Source: a virus
Taxonomy: Duplodnaviria > Caudoviricetes
Direction: 5' to 3' (one strand)
Virus record (IMG/VR): IMGVR_UViG_3300025000_000057
DNA length: 64,000 bases
This document shows, one piece after another, positions 19,491 through 28,107 of the stretch. The position numbers and the translations under genes were made by a program. Position 1 is the stretch's first letter. Each line of letters starts with the position of its first letter. The notes under the pieces were generated by a model. The model was given only the letters and a program-made list of their open reading frames with translations. It made no database searches and had not been told where the DNA came from.

Positions 19491-20165
19491 ATGATATCTA
19501 CTATAGATTTAAAAGAGCAGCTTGAACAATTAAAAGCAAGTTACAACAGCCGTCTAGGTGAAAAGAAAGGCATTGAAGAACAGATTGTATCTCTGGATAA
19601 ATCCGTTCTTGAAGATAAGGTCTCCATTGCAGACTTTGAAGCTATAGGTCTGGTACTCCAGGATACTACCGATGAAGCTCGTAAAGTGTATTCTGATAAT
19701 CTAGCCCTTGTCGTAACAAGTGCATTACAACACACCTTTGGGCCGGATTTTAGATTAATCATTGAACATAAAGAATCTCGGGGTAAACCTGAGATACACT
19801 TCTACGTTGAGCATGAGCTGGGTAATAAGATTATCAAAAGTTCGCCTGAAAAGAGTATGGGTGGCGGCGTAGTTGATATCGTAGCATTTGCTCTACAAGT
19901 AGCTGTCAAGAAACTCTGTAAGGAACCGGCCCAAAATGGCTGTATGATTCTTGATGAGCCCGCTAAGATGGTTAGTCAGAACTTCGCTATTAAGTTAGGT
20001 CAATTCATCCAGTTTATTAGTAAGGAATTTGACATACAGATAAACGGTGTTACACATCAGCAATACTTGGCCGACCAAGCGAGTAAATGTTTTGATGTAA
20101 ATATCTATAATGGCAGTAGCGTAGTTAAAGAAAAGATACCTGTAATAGCACCGGTGGGGCCCTAA
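19491..20165 (+). CDS. C-terminal half of SbcC/Rad50 ABC-ATPase
   Basis: short coiled coil, signature SMGGGVVD..AFALQ, Walker B ILDEP, H-switch GVTHQ; no Walker A. Confidence 0.88.
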   Translation: MISTIDLKEQLEQLKASYNSRLGEKKGIEEQIVSLDKSVLEDKVSIADFEAIGLVLQDTTDEARKVYSDNLALVVTSALQHTFGPDFRLIIEHKESRGKPEIHFYVEHELGNKIIKSSPEKSMGGGVVDIVAFALQVAVKKLCKEPAQNGCMILDEPAKMVSQNFAIKLGQFIQFISKEFDIQINGVTHQQYLADQASKCFDVNIYNGSSVVKEKIPVIAPVGP

Positions 20166-20222
20166 TAAGGTAAAATTTCTATATATATTTGCAAAGAATT
20201 ATGAATAGGAGGGAAACTTTCC

Positions 20223-20375
20223 ATGGCTGACAAAGAATGTACTTGTGGTGGTAAGTGTAAAGACTCAGACTGTAAATGTAAGAAAGAGCAAATTATTATT
20301 GGCAATAATGATATGGGTAAGCTTGATGTAACCATAGGTAAAGACGGTCAACCGGTAATAAAGATTACTGATTAA
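20223..20375 (+). CDS. 50-aa Cys-rich peptide (metallothionein-like N-terminus)
   Basis: MADKECTCGGKCKDSDCKCKKEQIIIGNNDMGKLDVTIGKDGQPVIKITD; AGGAGGG SD; TAATG coupling to next gene. Confidence 0.7.
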   Translation: MADKECTCGGKCKDSDCKCKKEQIIIGNNDMGKLDVTIGKDGQPVIKITD

Positions 20376-20674
20376 TGCATCTAAAGACTATCAGTTTACC
20401 GAAGCTCAATAACCTAACTCCTACATTAGAATCAACTACCCTTAAATTAATGGAGGAGTCGGGAGAGCTTGCTCAAGCTATAGGCAAACTTCGAGGCATG
20501 AGTGGCGAGACGCCTAATAAGGAATGGTTGCAGTCTGCGGCAAAAGAGCTTTTTGATGTAGCTCAAACAGCTATATCTATGATGTTTGTACTAGAAGATC
20601 AGTACGGCATCAATATAGAAGAAGCTCGTGATACTCATATCAAAAAACTCATATCTAAAGGATATATTAAATAA
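20375..20674 (+). CDS. MazG-like nucleotide pyrophosphohydrolase
   Basis: LKLMEESGELAQAI...AKELFDVAQ. Confidence 0.8.
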   Translation: MHLKTISLPKLNNLTPTLESTTLKLMEESGELAQAIGKLRGMSGETPNKEWLQSAAKELFDVAQTAISMMFVLEDQYGINIEEARDTHIKKLISKGYIK

Positions 20675-20727
20675 ACATTCCCCGGTCTTGTGCCGGGGAT
20701 AGCCTTATACGAGGCGGAAAGGGTGAT

Positions 20728-21690
20728 ATGGATATAAATTCTATGTCTGTTAATGTACAGACAAATATTAATTGCAACTTTAAGTGCGATCATTGTTTTT
20801 ACAATTGCTCACCTAATTGTAAAGGTGTTATGACAGATGAAACAATATGGAATATTAATCGTCTTGTCTCTGAAGCTATAAGTGTATACGACGCGCCTAT
20901 ATTAGACTATAACTTCTTTGGTGGAGAACCTTTCTTAGTACCCAAAGTACTAGACCGTGCAATCGAGATTCTCTGTAGAAGGGTAAAAGATTATAATACC
21001 ATGATCTTTATTAGTACAAATGGTTCTTTTGTATTAAAGAAAGATAGACTCGAACTTGTTGTTAAACTCATGGAAACTTATCAGGAACTATTTAGTATGC
21101 GAATTAGTAATACAATCTGGCATCAAAAGTACAGGTCAAAACATATGGAAACTCTGTTACGAAACCTTGCTGAACTCTTAAATTACCCATATGAAGACGA
21201 GAAACTGGTTGAGAAATTCGGATTTGAAGAGGTACTATACTGGTTTGAAGATAATCCTTACGGTATTTTTATAGATTCAGAATTACATGGTGAGGGTATT
21301 AGCCATCTAAATCGATTACTTAAGCCACATAATGTCGCTTTACCTATTGGACGTGCGGCAAAAACCGGAGTATTTAATAGCGATTTTAGTGAAAATGCTA
21401 CTTGCTCTATATCACGAGGTGTCCAAGATATTGAACAAAATGAACTAATTTTCACAGTTCATTGGAATGGCGATATTGGCCCCTGTTGTTATGGCGGTGG
21501 CGGGGTTGTCGCAAATATAAATGAGGTACGTGATTTTGCAGATTATTTAGAAAGATATAAGAGATTTGCGGAAGTATTTGAAAAGAAGATCGGTAATCGA
21601 GCTACCTGGAGTGACTGTAAGCAGTGTAGAAACATTAACTTAAGAGGAGGACTAAAAGAATGGTCAATACAGCAAGCGACCAATCAGTAG
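20728..21690 (+). CDS. radical SAM protein with C-terminal SPASM/twitch-like Cys cluster
   Basis: CNFKCDHC, FFGGEP, ISTNG, VHWNGDIGPCC, CKQC. Confidence 0.88.
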   Translation: MDINSMSVNVQTNINCNFKCDHCFYNCSPNCKGVMTDETIWNINRLVSEAISVYDAPILDYNFFGGEPFLVPKVLDRAIEILCRRVKDYNTMIFISTNGSFVLKKDRLELVVKLMETYQELFSMRISNTIWHQKYRSKHMETLLRNLAELLNYPYEDEKLVEKFGFEEVLYWFEDNPYGIFIDSELHGEGISHLNRLLKPHNVALPIGRAAKTGVFNSDFSENATCSISRGVQDIEQNELIFTVHWNGDIGPCCYGGGGVVANINEVRDFADYLERYKRFAEVFEKKIGNRATWSDCKQCRNINLRGGLKEWSIQQATNQ

Positions 21691-22385
21691 TGAATATCGA
21701 CTTGATAAAGAATCTTACAGATAACTTTAGTCAAAGACTACTTAAGAATGGTTACAGTCAGGCTTCGGTATCTATAGGTGTCCATAAGGTAGGAGCCTTA
21801 ATGAAACACTCTTTAATAAGTGGACACGCTGCTCTTAAACAAAGATGCGATTATTGTCACATCTCTAAAGAATATGGTACTGGTATGGTATACGGATACG
21901 GCAATCCTAGTTCGCCTATCATGTTTATCGGAGAGGGCCCGGGAGAGCATGAAGATATGTTTAACTTACCATTTACAGGTATTGCTGGAGCTGCCTTAAC
22001 CATGTGGCTTGAAAAAATGCCATTAAGACGAGAGCAGGTCTATATTACAAATGTATTAAAGTGTCGTCCACTTAATAACCGAACACCCTCTACAGACGAG
22101 TGTACTACATGTATAAAAAGGTATCTGGAAGAAGAAATCAGAATGGTTAATCCTAAGATTATTGTAGCTGTAGGTGGTGTAGCTTTAAATGCGCTCCTTC
22201 CTGGCAAGAACCTTAAGATTACACAAATTCGCGGCCTTTTATGCTCTTATTGGCAGAATAATATAGAGTACAATGTTATGCCAATATATCATCCGGCGTA
22301 TGTACTCCGTAAGACCGGTGCTGATTTTACCACAGTCAATATAGATGTTTATAACGATCTACTGTTGGCGTACTCCAAGTTGTAA
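21660..22385 (+). CDS. family 4 uracil-DNA glycosylase
   Basis: FIGEGPGEHED..PFTG, YITNVLKCRP..NRTP, NPKIIVAVG, YHPAYVLR. Confidence 0.92.
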   Translation: MVNTASDQSVVNIDLIKNLTDNFSQRLLKNGYSQASVSIGVHKVGALMKHSLISGHAALKQRCDYCHISKEYGTGMVYGYGNPSSPIMFIGEGPGEHEDMFNLPFTGIAGAALTMWLEKMPLRREQVYITNVLKCRPLNNRTPSTDECTTCIKRYLEEEIRMVNPKIIVAVGGVALNALLPGKNLKITQIRGLLCSYWQNNIEYNVMPIYHPAYVLRKTGADFTTVNIDVYNDLLLAYSKL

Positions 22386-22396
22386 GGAGGAATTAC

Positions 22397-22681
22397 ATGG
22401 CTGTTATTATAGAGGGTAAGACAATTCGTGGAACTCTTAATGTAATCTTCAACAATGGTAAGAAAGGTCGGGTTCACGATGTGGGTGACGCATGGTTTCC
22501 ATTTAAACTTATCGAGGTCGACGGCCGACAATTTCATGTACGCCATTCGAATGGAGATTGGGCTGTAAAGGAATACATCAGAGATGAACTTCTCTTAGGA
22601 AAATTGGCCAATACTAACAAAGTATATGATGATAACGGTCATCCTTTGTATGATGAGACTACTATGATATTTAGGAGGTAG
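22397..22681 (+). CDS. hypothetical protein
   Basis: AGGAGG SD; 94 aa. Confidence 0.65.
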   Translation: MAVIIEGKTIRGTLNVIFNNGKKGRVHDVGDAWFPFKLIEVDGRQFHVRHSNGDWAVKEYIRDELLLGKLANTNKVYDDNGHPLYDETTMIFRR

Positions 22682-22689
22682 GGATAGTT

Positions 22690-22803
22690 ATGGAAAACAA
22701 TGCCTTTCATGTATGGATTATCATAATTACTTACGTCTTTGGTTTAATGAAAGGTGTATCAATAGTTTCATTCTATAATTTATTACATAGGAAAGGAAAG
22801 TAG
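22690..22803 (+). CDS. small membrane peptide (37 aa)
   Basis: MENNAFHVWIIIITYVFGLMKGVSIVSFYNLLHRKGK; SD upstream. Confidence 0.5.
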   Translation: MENNAFHVWIIIITYVFGLMKGVSIVSFYNLLHRKGK

Positions 22804-22808
22804 TTATT

Positions 22809-23042
22809 GTGATAAACTTAGCAATGGTATTTAACAATTGTACATGGCAACGTAAATTCAAGACACCTCCTAATGGTAGAGTAGTTGTTCGCTTTCGCGT
22901 CGGGGAAGAGTTGAGTGCGGCCCGTTATCTTGGTGGAAAATGGGAGAATACACGTAGTTTATCCCGTTCTTTATATTTGTGTAACGATTCAGAGGGGCCT
23001 CTATTATGCATAACAGAGGATAGATGTGAGAAAATACTGTGA
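22809..23042 (+). CDS. hypothetical protein
   Basis: 77-aa ORF. Confidence 0.5.
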   Translation: MINLAMVFNNCTWQRKFKTPPNGRVVVRFRVGEELSAARYLGGKWENTRSLSRSLYLCNDSEGPLLCITEDRCEKIL

Positions 23043-23195
23043 CGAGGAGGTGGTATGTAAGTGAAACCTATCAATGATTCGTCTTAGCTAAATGTACGTT
23101 TTACATACCGATATCGTAAACTTACTGTTAAGTTACTGTTAAAGGAGTGGAGTTAATTGTTACAAATTAGTACAGAGGATACTGTTATTTAATCA

Positions 23196-23765
23196 GTGTA
23201 TTCACAGGTTCCTATCGAATCTGTAGCCGTGCTTGCTAAAGAGGATCTTTATGCACAGGAATGGCTTCTTACTAAATACAACAATTTAATATGTTCCGTG
23301 GCAAAATCCTATTTCATAGCAGGTGGCACCAATGAAGATATAGTTCAAGAAGCCAGAGTCGGTTTCGTAAAAGCAATAGAGAATTACCGACCTGGCTATA
23401 ACTTCGTCATGTTTAGCAAAATGGTTATGCGTAGACAGATCTATGAAACTATCAGACATTCTAATCGCAATAAATATAAACCCTTAAATGATGCGATTAG
23501 TATGTATGATGTAGAAGGTATAGACACCTACGAAGGTAGCGTAGAACCGGAACAGGTCGTATTGACAGCTGAAGAAGATAAGATATTCAATAGACGACTC
23601 AAGGTTTTACTATCAGACCTAGAGTATCAGGTAGCTCTATGTATGATTCAGGGCATGGGTATAAATGATATAGGTGAGAAGTTGTGTAGATCTTATCGTT
23701 CTGTAGACAATACTATGCAGAGAATAAAGCACAAAATGAAACGATGGTACTACGAGGTGGTTTAA
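23196..23765 (+). CDS. sigH: SigH (Spo0H)-like RNA polymerase sigma factor
   Basis: AKSYFIAGGTNEDIVQEARVG, KYKPLNDAISM, LSDLEYQV, RSYRSVDNTMQRIKHK, collinear with B. subtilis SigH as recalled. Confidence 0.85.
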   Translation: MYSQVPIESVAVLAKEDLYAQEWLLTKYNNLICSVAKSYFIAGGTNEDIVQEARVGFVKAIENYRPGYNFVMFSKMVMRRQIYETIRHSNRNKYKPLNDAISMYDVEGIDTYEGSVEPEQVVLTAEEDKIFNRRLKVLLSDLEYQVALCMIQGMGINDIGEKLCRSYRSVDNTMQRIKHKMKRWYYEVV

Positions 23766-24499
23766 TGAAGAGAGTATTTGCTTGTGCAGATATACATGGT
23801 CATTGGTACGCTTGGAAGCTACTATTAGAAAAGGCAGGATACAACCCAAGAAACGATCTTCTAATTGTTCTTGGAGATCTTATCGACAGAGGGCCGGATT
23901 CGTATAAAACGGTACAGTTTGCCCGTGAATTAGAAAAAGAGGGAGCTAAGATTCTGATAGGAAATCATGAAGTAGCTGCACATGCATATTCAACAGGGAC
24001 TCTTGAGGAAACCATCTACTTTAAGAACTACGGTGGAAGTTCCACAGTACGTTCATATGTTGATCAGTTTGGAATAGATGCTCTTAATAAACTTGCCGAA
24101 GATTGTGATTGGTTACTTAATATGCCATTAACTTTCGAGCTAGAACATTATTTCTTCTGTCATGCCGGCTTTGATGTAAGTAAGCCATTAAACGAACAAA
24201 CAGAGGAATTTGTTTGGGGTACGAACAACTTCTTATATAAGGAGACAGGTATCCCTAAACTTGTAATATTCGGTCATAACGAAGCTATACATTTAAGAGG
24301 GGATAAACAACACCGACCTTGGATGTTTAAAGGTAAGATGTGTATCAATACAGGGGCTGACATTGGCGGATGGTTATCACTTATAGAGTTACCAAAAGGT
24401 ATTGTATACTCTACACAGTGTGTTAATACACCATTTCCAATACCAGACCCGAGCAAGATCTATCCGGGTAAGGTTATAACATACAAACTAGGCAGGTGA
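23765..24499 (+). CDS. metallophosphoesterase (lambda NinI/PPP-type Ser/Thr phosphatase)
   Basis: ADIHG, LGDLIDRGPDS, GNHE, FFCHAG, IFGH. Confidence 0.9.
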   Translation: MKRVFACADIHGHWYAWKLLLEKAGYNPRNDLLIVLGDLIDRGPDSYKTVQFARELEKEGAKILIGNHEVAAHAYSTGTLEETIYFKNYGGSSTVRSYVDQFGIDALNKLAEDCDWLLNMPLTFELEHYFFCHAGFDVSKPLNEQTEEFVWGTNNFLYKETGIPKLVIFGHNEAIHLRGDKQHRPWMFKGKMCINTGADIGGWLSLIELPKGIVYSTQCVNTPFPIPDPSKIYPGKVITYKLGR

Positions 24500-24503
24500 G
24501 AAT

Positions 24504-24788
24504 ATGAGCGATCTTATTGGTAAGGTAGTAAGTTGGACAAGTCAGACAGGTGGTAGTACTACTAAAAAGACGGGTATTGTACTTGTAATAGTACCTAAAA
24601 GAGTATCTGTCGAAAAGGTTATAGCCGACAATAAACTGGATACTTTTAGGACTAAAGCTCAAAACGTTAACCAAGTATCCGATAGGTACTTAATTAAAGT
24701 ACAGTCTCCTAGTGGTAAAACTGCTTATTACTATTTGCCTCCGGTTACTACCAAATTCATTATCGAAGGAGGGATTAAAGATGTATAG
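24504..24788 (+). CDS. hypothetical protein
   Basis: 94-aa ORF with SD. Confidence 0.6.
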   Translation: MSDLIGKVVSWTSQTGGSTTKKTGIVLVIVPKRVSVEKVIADNKLDTFRTKAQNVNQVSDRYLIKVQSPSGKTAYYYLPPVTTKFIIEGGIKDV

Positions 24789-25185
24789 ATGTACAAATGA
24801 AGATTGTAGGCAAGGCTTATACATCAAGATAGGTTCTGATACCTTTACAATAGAACCTATGAATGTCTACCCTCCCATGAAAGGACATGAAGAAATTGAG
24901 TGTCCTGTCTGTGATAATAAAGATACCGCTGATAACTGGGAGAAGTGCTTCAAAGATCCATTGCCCTTTACCTTCTTAGAAAGAGAAGGATTATGTATGT
25001 GTGGTGGAGAGATTATTCAGAATGTAAACATGCACACAGCCTTAAAGATGTCTAATACTAAAGGCTTGATACAAGATGCTAAACCACCCTTAGTTTGTGA
25101 GGATTGCGGTGCTCCGGCCGGTAAGGTATTCTCACCCGAGAATGTACCTTCAATCGAGGCTATCAAAAAATACCGGAATTTATAA
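24781..25185 (+). CDS. Cys-rich zinc-binding hypothetical protein
   Basis: CTNEDC, CPVC, CMC, CEDC; GGAGG SD. Confidence 0.6.
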   Translation: MYRCTNEDCRQGLYIKIGSDTFTIEPMNVYPPMKGHEEIECPVCDNKDTADNWEKCFKDPLPFTFLEREGLCMCGGEIIQNVNMHTALKMSNTKGLIQDAKPPLVCEDCGAPAGKVFSPENVPSIEAIKKYRNL

Positions 25186-25188
25186 CAA

Positions 25189-25551
25189 ATGAGTAAACTA
25201 AACTTACGATTAATTAAAGGCTCAGGAATTCCTGAGCCTTTGTCAGGCCCAATAGACAAACGTTACGAGATTCTGTGTTGCAAAAGGTGTGGTAATACCG
25301 GGGAGAAAGGCCCATTCGAAGGCGAGGTTGTAGTAAAACTAAGACTTAAAATTTGTAATATGAAAGATAATGGTGGTCATAAGATTACCGGTAAATATGA
25401 ACCGATTGAATACTCTTATGATAGTACTATATCTGACGAAGTAATTACTAGGTGCTTAGCATGTGGTTCGATAGAGATAGATAGGATCCCCTTGGGAGGT
25501 GGTAAGAATCGCTATAGTACCGGAAGCGTTAAAGAAAGAGATCAAAGCTAA
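25189..25551 (+). CDS. zinc-ribbon hypothetical protein
   Basis: CKRC...CLAC. Confidence 0.6.
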   Translation: MSKLNLRLIKGSGIPEPLSGPIDKRYEILCCKRCGNTGEKGPFEGEVVVKLRLKICNMKDNGGHKITGKYEPIEYSYDSTISDEVITRCLACGSIEIDRIPLGGGKNRYSTGSVKERDQS

Positions 25552-26800
25552 GAATGATATTGTCGACGTAATCAGCGAATATATGCAGCTTATCAGACAG
25601 GGTAATTTATGGGTTGGTCTTTGTCCATTCCCCCATGGCGGTACCGATAACGAGCCACACTTTGAATCTGACCCTAGTTTTACTATCTATGAGAATCAGA
25701 GTTTTTATTGCTACTCCTGTTGTAAAGGAAATAAAGAAGATGGTAATGCTGGTTCTGATGTGATAGCATTTATCATGGAGATGGAAGGGTTAGGTTATAT
25801 CGACGCTTGCCGTCACTTGGCAGAGCGGGCTGGAATTCCGTTTAGTTTAGCCAGAAACGAAGACGGGAATTTATCCGGTAAGATAAATCAGGTAACCAAT
25901 ACTAACCGGGAATTCTATATAAACCTCTGGAGTAATAACTACGAACTTGCTCAGCAGATAGCCAGGGAAAGAGGGATCGATGCTAATTGGCTACAGACAA
26001 ATGCAAGATTAGGTCTAGTCCCAGAGAATTATTATTGGGAGGTGGCCCGGGGCCGGTTTTGTATCGGTATACCAGAGATGAGTAAGGTAAAGAATCCGCG
26101 CACAATTGGGATGGCTTATAGACATCCAGACGGTCGCTCTCCTAAATGGATTAACGATAGTGGTTCGACAGCGTTTAGTAAAAGCAATACGTTATACTAC
26201 TTCCCATACGCTTATAAGCACATAAGAAAATGTAGAAGTGCTATAGTAATGGAAGGATATATGGATGTATTGTCAGCCCATTACCATACCTTAACGAATA
26301 CCGTAGGTATAATGGGTAGTCAATTTACAGACGAGCAGATGAATATCTTAAGAAAAGAAACTGATACACTTTACCTCTGGCCAGACGGTGATATTGCAGG
26401 TACGGCTATAGTAGAGAAGTCCTTACCGAAGCTATTGGAAAAGGGCTTTAAGGTTATCTGGGTTCAAACGCCAGGAAAAGATCCAGACGAGATTATGTTC
26501 GGTAAGACACCGGACGAGGTAAGATATATAATACAAAACCAGTCTATACCAGCTCTGTTGGGTATTATTCAGAAATACAAACAAGATATAGATTTAGCTG
26601 CAGGATGGACTAATCCCGACATGCTTGATATGATGCGTACAGAATGTCTTGATAAGCTAATACTACTCCTAAAGGCTATCAGACGGTCTGGAGAATTAGT
26701 ACTCTATATGGAGAAGGTAGCTAGTATATTTGGTGTAGCGTCTAATAATCTATTAGGGTTATTGAACAGCTTAGATACACATAAGGAGATGATAAAATGA
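25499..26800 (+). CDS. dnaG: DNA primase DnaG
   Basis: CHC2 finger GLCPFPH...FYCYSC, TOPRIM VMEGYMDV, WPDGDIAG, GKDPDE. Confidence 0.93.
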   Translation: MVRIAIVPEALKKEIKAKNDIVDVISEYMQLIRQGNLWVGLCPFPHGGTDNEPHFESDPSFTIYENQSFYCYSCCKGNKEDGNAGSDVIAFIMEMEGLGYIDACRHLAERAGIPFSLARNEDGNLSGKINQVTNTNREFYINLWSNNYELAQQIARERGIDANWLQTNARLGLVPENYYWEVARGRFCIGIPEMSKVKNPRTIGMAYRHPDGRSPKWINDSGSTAFSKSNTLYYFPYAYKHIRKCRSAIVMEGYMDVLSAHYHTLTNTVGIMGSQFTDEQMNILRKETDTLYLWPDGDIAGTAIVEKSLPKLLEKGFKVIWVQTPGKDPDEIMFGKTPDEVRYIIQNQSIPALLGIIQKYKQDIDLAAGWTNPDMLDMMRTECLDKLILLLKAIRRSGELVLYMEKVASIFGVASNNLLGLLNSLDTHKEMIK

Positions 26801-27249
26801 ATGAATCAACCAAGTTACCTCTTCCGGCGCCTGCCGGAGTTATATATACCTTTACTGATGCGGAACTTAAAAGTTTACTTGAGAGCTACATTAAAGAGCA
26901 AACTGGAATAGATGTAGATCTTATAGTAGACTATGATTCAGAGGTTATAAACCTTATGGTATATATCAATGGTGACGAGATTTATGATTGGGATCCGGAC
27001 GATATTTGTGGCAAAGATAAACCACTATGTCATTTAGATGAGTGGTTTATAAACGCTATGCAGATTGTGTCTAAGATATTTGGTAATACCGCTGTAGCTA
27101 CACCAATAATTTCATCCGCATCCGACTCTAACAGTAAGGACTTTGATATAGATATCATTGTACCGATAGAGGATTACAAGAACAAACTACGTTTACGGGA
27201 GGTACACAATGCCGGTATCAAAAACTCGAAAGAAACGAAAGAAGAGTAA
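26797..27249 (+). CDS. hypothetical protein
   Basis: 150-aa ORF coupled to dnaG. Confidence 0.65.
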   Translation: MNESTKLPLPAPAGVIYTFTDAELKSLLESYIKEQTGIDVDLIVDYDSEVINLMVYINGDEIYDWDPDDICGKDKPLCHLDEWFINAMQIVSKIFGNTAVATPIISSASDSNSKDFDIDIIVPIEDYKNKLRLREVHNAGIKNSKETKEE

Positions 27250-27496
27250 AGAACAATCCAAGGAGCAAGTTACCCAGGTAGAACAACCGAGACGATCATT
27301 AGGTGATATGTTACTGGAGAACTTCGGCTCCGCTAAGCCAAGGTCTATTGATTTAAAGTGTGATATGTGTAAAGTAAAGCTCGACGGTTTCTGTGCTGGT
27401 AAACCTGAGTACACTTCTTTAAAGATACTTGATTGTATGAGGACTAGAGCTTACATGACAGCGCCAATAAAGGAACGTTTGGAAGTCCTTAATTAA
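27209..27496 (+). CDS. hypothetical basic protein with CxxC motif
   Basis: MPVSKTRKKRKK; CDMC. Confidence 0.6.
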   Translation: MPVSKTRKKRKKSKEQSKEQVTQVEQPRRSLGDMLLENFGSAKPRSIDLKCDMCKVKLDGFCAGKPEYTSLKILDCMRTRAYMTAPIKERLEVLN

Positions 27497-27503
27497 TGTA
27501 CTT

Positions 27504-27530
27504 GGAGGGTAATTAATTGCCCTCCTTTAT
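27504..27530. terminator. bidirectional terminator between convergent genes
   Basis: GGAGGGTAA-TTAA-TTGCCCTCC followed by TTTAT. Confidence 0.6.
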
Positions 27531-28031
27531 AATACCTTCACCAATAATATTAATAATATCTTCGTTTAAATAATCTGCAACCTTTTGTACTAATATACGT
27601 TTTTCTTCTGGAATGTCGGAAAAGACTTTCCATTCGCGCTCTAATCTCTGAATAATCTCAAAGGGAACTTCAGCTCTTTTAGCTAGTTTAATCTGAGAGA
27701 TTCCATATATACAACGTATTAATGCAAGTTTAGAAAAGCTACGTAACGGTAACGATCGAATAGTATCATGTCTTGTCTGGGGAAATAACTTAAATACAGG
27801 TTTGCCAAGGAGGAAGGCAATCTTACCAGCTTCGTTTATAGTTGGAATAACTTTCTTATTCTCTATATTCATCCAGACAATGTGATGTATATTAGCCATT
27901 CGAGCTGCTTTTGCTTGCGAAAGATTATATGACATTCTAAACATAATCATGTCTATATTTTTCATTATATCAAGTCTTGCGTATATTTCTTTAGAGACTT
28001 TCCAGTTCTGAAAGTCATGAACTTTTGACAT
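27513..28031 (-). CDS. transcriptional regulator with two XRE-type HTH domains
   Basis: FRMSYNLSQAKAARMAN...IENKKVIPT and IRCIYGISQIKLAKRAEV...RLER. Confidence 0.75.
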   Translation of the reverse strand: MSKVHDFQNWKVSKEIYARLDIMKNIDMIMFRMSYNLSQAKAARMANIHHIVWMNIENKKVIPTINEAGKIAFLLGKPVFKLFPQTRHDTIRSLPLRSFSKLALIRCIYGISQIKLAKRAEVPFEIIQRLEREWKVFSDIPEEKRILVQKVADYLNEDIINIIGEGIIKEGN

Positions 28032-28107
28032 AATATCACCCCATTTTGTAATTCTACAATTTCATATTAATACCTTTATGGAATACTTACCAAGGGAGGT
28101 AATAGAA

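Noticed and set aside
20167-20199. SigH promoter reading of the 20-bp shared motif
   Set aside because: AGG..GAAT spacing (21 nt) is too long, and the 1884 copy has no GAAT.
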